Assembly (NCBI GenBank): GCA_902778265.1
Contig: CACYXI010000010.1
Location: 985 to 64,984, forward strand
DNA length: 64,000 nt
Direction: 5' to 3'
From: an uncultured Bacteroidales bacterium
GTDB taxonomy: Bacteria; Bacteroidota; Bacteroidia; Bacteroidales; Bacteroidaceae
This document shows, piece after piece, positions 61,980 through 64,000 of the stretch. Position numbers and translations under genes: made by a program. Within the stretch, counting starts at the first letter, position 1. Every line of letters begins with the position of its first letter. The notes beneath the pieces were generated by a model that saw nothing but the letters and a program-made list of their open reading frames with translations, made no database searches and was not told the origin of the DNA.

Positions 61980-63677
61980 ATGGCAACAGTTGACGACAAG
62001 AAAATCATTTTCTCCATGGTGGGTGTGTCGAAGGTCATCCCACAGAATCAGAAGCAGGTACTGAAGAACATCTACCTGAGTTTCTTCTATGGCGCAAAGA
62101 TCGGTATCATCGGTCTTAACGGTGCAGGTAAATCCACCCTCATGAAGATCATTGCCGGAATCGACGATAAGTTCCAGGGCGAGGTGGTTTGGAGCCCAGG
62201 CTATTCCGTTGGCTATCTTGAGCAGGATCCAAAGCTCGACCCAAACAAGACCGTCAAGGAGAACGTAATGGAGGGTGTTCAGCACATCTACGACGCAATA
62301 AATGAGTATAACGAGATAAACGAGAAATTCGGCTTGCCTGAGTACTACGAGGATCAGGACAAGATGGATAAGCTCTTCCAGCGTCAGAGTGAGGTGCAGG
62401 ACATTATCGACTCTACCGACGCTTGGAACATCGACTCTAAGCTTGACCGCGCTATGGACGCATTGCATTGTCCTCCAGGCGATTGGAAGGTTGACACACT
62501 CTCTGGCGGTGAGCGTCGTCGTGTGGCTCTCTGTCGTCTGCTTCTCCAGAAGCCTGACGTGCTTCTTCTCGACGAGCCAACCAACCATCTTGACGCTGAG
62601 TCAATCGACTGGTTGGAGCAGCACTTGCAGCAGTATGAGGGAACGGTAATCGCCGTTACCCACGACCGTTACTTCCTCGACGATGTATCAGAATGGATTC
62701 TTGAGCTTGATCGCGGTGAGGGTATTCCTTGGAAGGGTAACTACTCTTCTTGGCTTGAGCAGAAGACCAAGCGAATGGAAATGGAAGAGAAGGTGGCAAG
62801 CAAGCGCCGTAAGACTCTTGAGCGTGAGCTTGAGTGGGTTCGTATGGCTCCAAAGGCTCGTCAGGCAAAGGGTAAGGCTCGTCTTAACTCTTACGATGCA
62901 ATGCTCAATCAGGAGCAGAAAGAGCGTGAGCAGAAACTCGAAATCTTCATTCCTAACGGTCCGCGTCTCGGAAACAAAGTTCTGGAGGCTAAGGATGTTT
63001 GCAAGAAGTTCGGCGACAAGGTGCTCTTCGAGAACCTCAACTTCATGCTCCCACCTAACGGAATCGTAGGCATCATAGGTCCTAACGGTGCAGGTAAGAC
63101 AACCCTCTTCCGCATCATCATGGGACTTGAAACAGCCGACTCAGGCACATTCGAGCGTGGTGAGACAGTTAAGATGGCTTACGTTGACCAGCAGCATAAG
63201 GACATCGTTGCCGACAAGAGCGTTTACGATGTAGTGAGCGGTGGCAACGAGACAATCCGCATGGGTGGCAAGGACATCAACGTGCGCGCTTATCTCTCAC
63301 GCTTCAATTTCTCTGGTGCTGATCAGGAGAAGAAATGCGGCGTGCTCTCTGGTGGTGAGCGTAACCGTCTGCATCTCGCTATGGCTTTGAAGGAAGAGGG
63401 CAACGTACTTCTCCTCGACGAGCCTACCAACGATATTGACGTGAATACTCTGCGTGCCCTTGAGGAAGGTCTTGAGGCATTCGCTGGCTGTGCTGTGGTA
63501 ATCTCTCACGATCGTTGGTTCCTTGACCGTATCTGTACCCACATCCTTGCTTTCGAGGGCGATGGAAAGGTATTTTTCTTCGAAGGTTCTTACACCGACT
63601 ACGAAATCAACAAGGCTGCGCGTCTCGGTACCGACGAGATCAAGCGTCCAAGATACCGCAAGCTGATGGAAGACTAA
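61980..63677 (+). CDS. ettA: Energy-dependent translational throttle ABC-F ATPase
   Basis: LSFFYGAKIGIIGLNGAGKS, two ABC domains, ELEWVR...RQAKGKAR linker. Confidence 0.96.
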   Translation: MATVDDKKIIFSMVGVSKVIPQNQKQVLKNIYLSFFYGAKIGIIGLNGAGKSTLMKIIAGIDDKFQGEVVWSPGYSVGYLEQDPKLDPNKTVKENVMEGVQHIYDAINEYNEINEKFGLPEYYEDQDKMDKLFQRQSEVQDIIDSTDAWNIDSKLDRAMDALHCPPGDWKVDTLSGGERRRVALCRLLLQKPDVLLLDEPTNHLDAESIDWLEQHLQQYEGTVIAVTHDRYFLDDVSEWILELDRGEGIPWKGNYSSWLEQKTKRMEMEEKVASKRRKTLERELEWVRMAPKARQAKGKARLNSYDAMLNQEQKEREQKLEIFIPNGPRLGNKVLEAKDVCKKFGDKVLFENLNFMLPPNGIVGIIGPNGAGKTTLFRIIMGLETADSGTFERGETVKMAYVDQQHKDIVADKSVYDVVSGGNETIRMGGKDINVRAYLSRFNFSGADQEKKCGVLSGGERNRLHLAMALKEEGNVLLLDEPTNDIDVNTLRALEEGLEAFAGCAVVISHDRWFLDRICTHILAFEGDGKVFFFEGSYTDYEINKAARLGTDEIKRPRYRKLMED

Positions 63678-63684
63678 ACAATAT

Positions 63685-63828
63685 GTACTATTTAGCTATT
63701 TACGATTTACTATTTATTTTACTATTTTTGGATATTTACTATTTAAGCCCTGTTGTGGGCAAGTGGAAATAGTACATCATTCAAATCGTAAATAAATAGT
63801 AAATAGCTAAATAGTAAATAGTAAATCA
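63685..63828. repeat. TTTACTA / TAGTAAA heptamer arrays in inverted orientation around a small hairpin
   Basis: tttacta-type units, GCCCtgttgtGGGC, then tagtaaa-type units. Confidence 0.8.
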
Positions 63829-63830
63829 CA

Positions 63831-64000
63831 ATGTTGTCTCTCGAAGAAACCCGTCAACTTGTTCTCTCCTCACAGGATATTACAGAATTCCAGCGCAAGG
63901 TTTATCTGGAACTTCTGAATGTTCCGCGAGGAGAGACAATTTCTTACGGGGAACTGGGCAGACGCATCGGATGCCGTAGCGCACAGGCAATAGGACAGGC
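63831..64000 (+). CDS. MGMT/Ogt-family alkylated-DNA repair protein, partial
   Basis: Hand translation: MLSLEETRQL...TEFQRKVYLELLNVPRGETISYGELGRRIGCRSAQAIGQ; runs off the window. Confidence 0.85.
   Translation, partial: MLSLEETRQLVLSSQDITEFQRKVYLELLNVPRGETISYGELGRRIGCRSAQAIGQ

Noticed and set aside
23808-62588. Long antisense ORFs (for example 23808-24536, 31414-32085, 61977-62588)
   Set aside because: Shadow frames of well-supported genes on the opposite strand.
1-64000. CRISPR array or cas genes
   Set aside because: No run of identical repeats with unique, regularly sized spacers; the repeats are tandem microrepeats or dispersed palindromes.

Overview
Chromosomal window of a Bacteroidales (Prevotella-like) bacterium, judged from recurrent TAnnTTTG -7 promoter boxes and gene content. 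Positions 1 to ~21192 are the right part of an AT-richer integrated element ending in a tRNA-Ser 3'-end-like att duplicate. It carries two paralogous tyrosine integrases, an LlaJI/McrBC-type restriction-modification cassette, a second C5 methyltransferase, an HTH, an AEP primase-polymerase-like gene, a serine resolvase and umuDC. A degraded second element follows (21510-22244). The rest is core and accessory chromosome (patatin, broken CPA2 antiporter, RND efflux, ParA plus a small partner, pyk, SLC13 permease, carB, Rpn, TonB, malQ, DUF1846, ettA), and its intergenic spaces hold several MITE/REP-like and short-period repeat families. The top observation is the island ORF called at 16610-16951. 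It continues in frame to a TAA at 17407 and is interrupted only by three TAG codons, with a terminator right after the TAA, while neighbouring genes use TAG as stop. It looks like a translation-table-15 (TAG=Gln) gene, the code of Lak and some crAss-like phages, resident in a standard-code host, so it may be fully translatable only during infection by a recoded phage.
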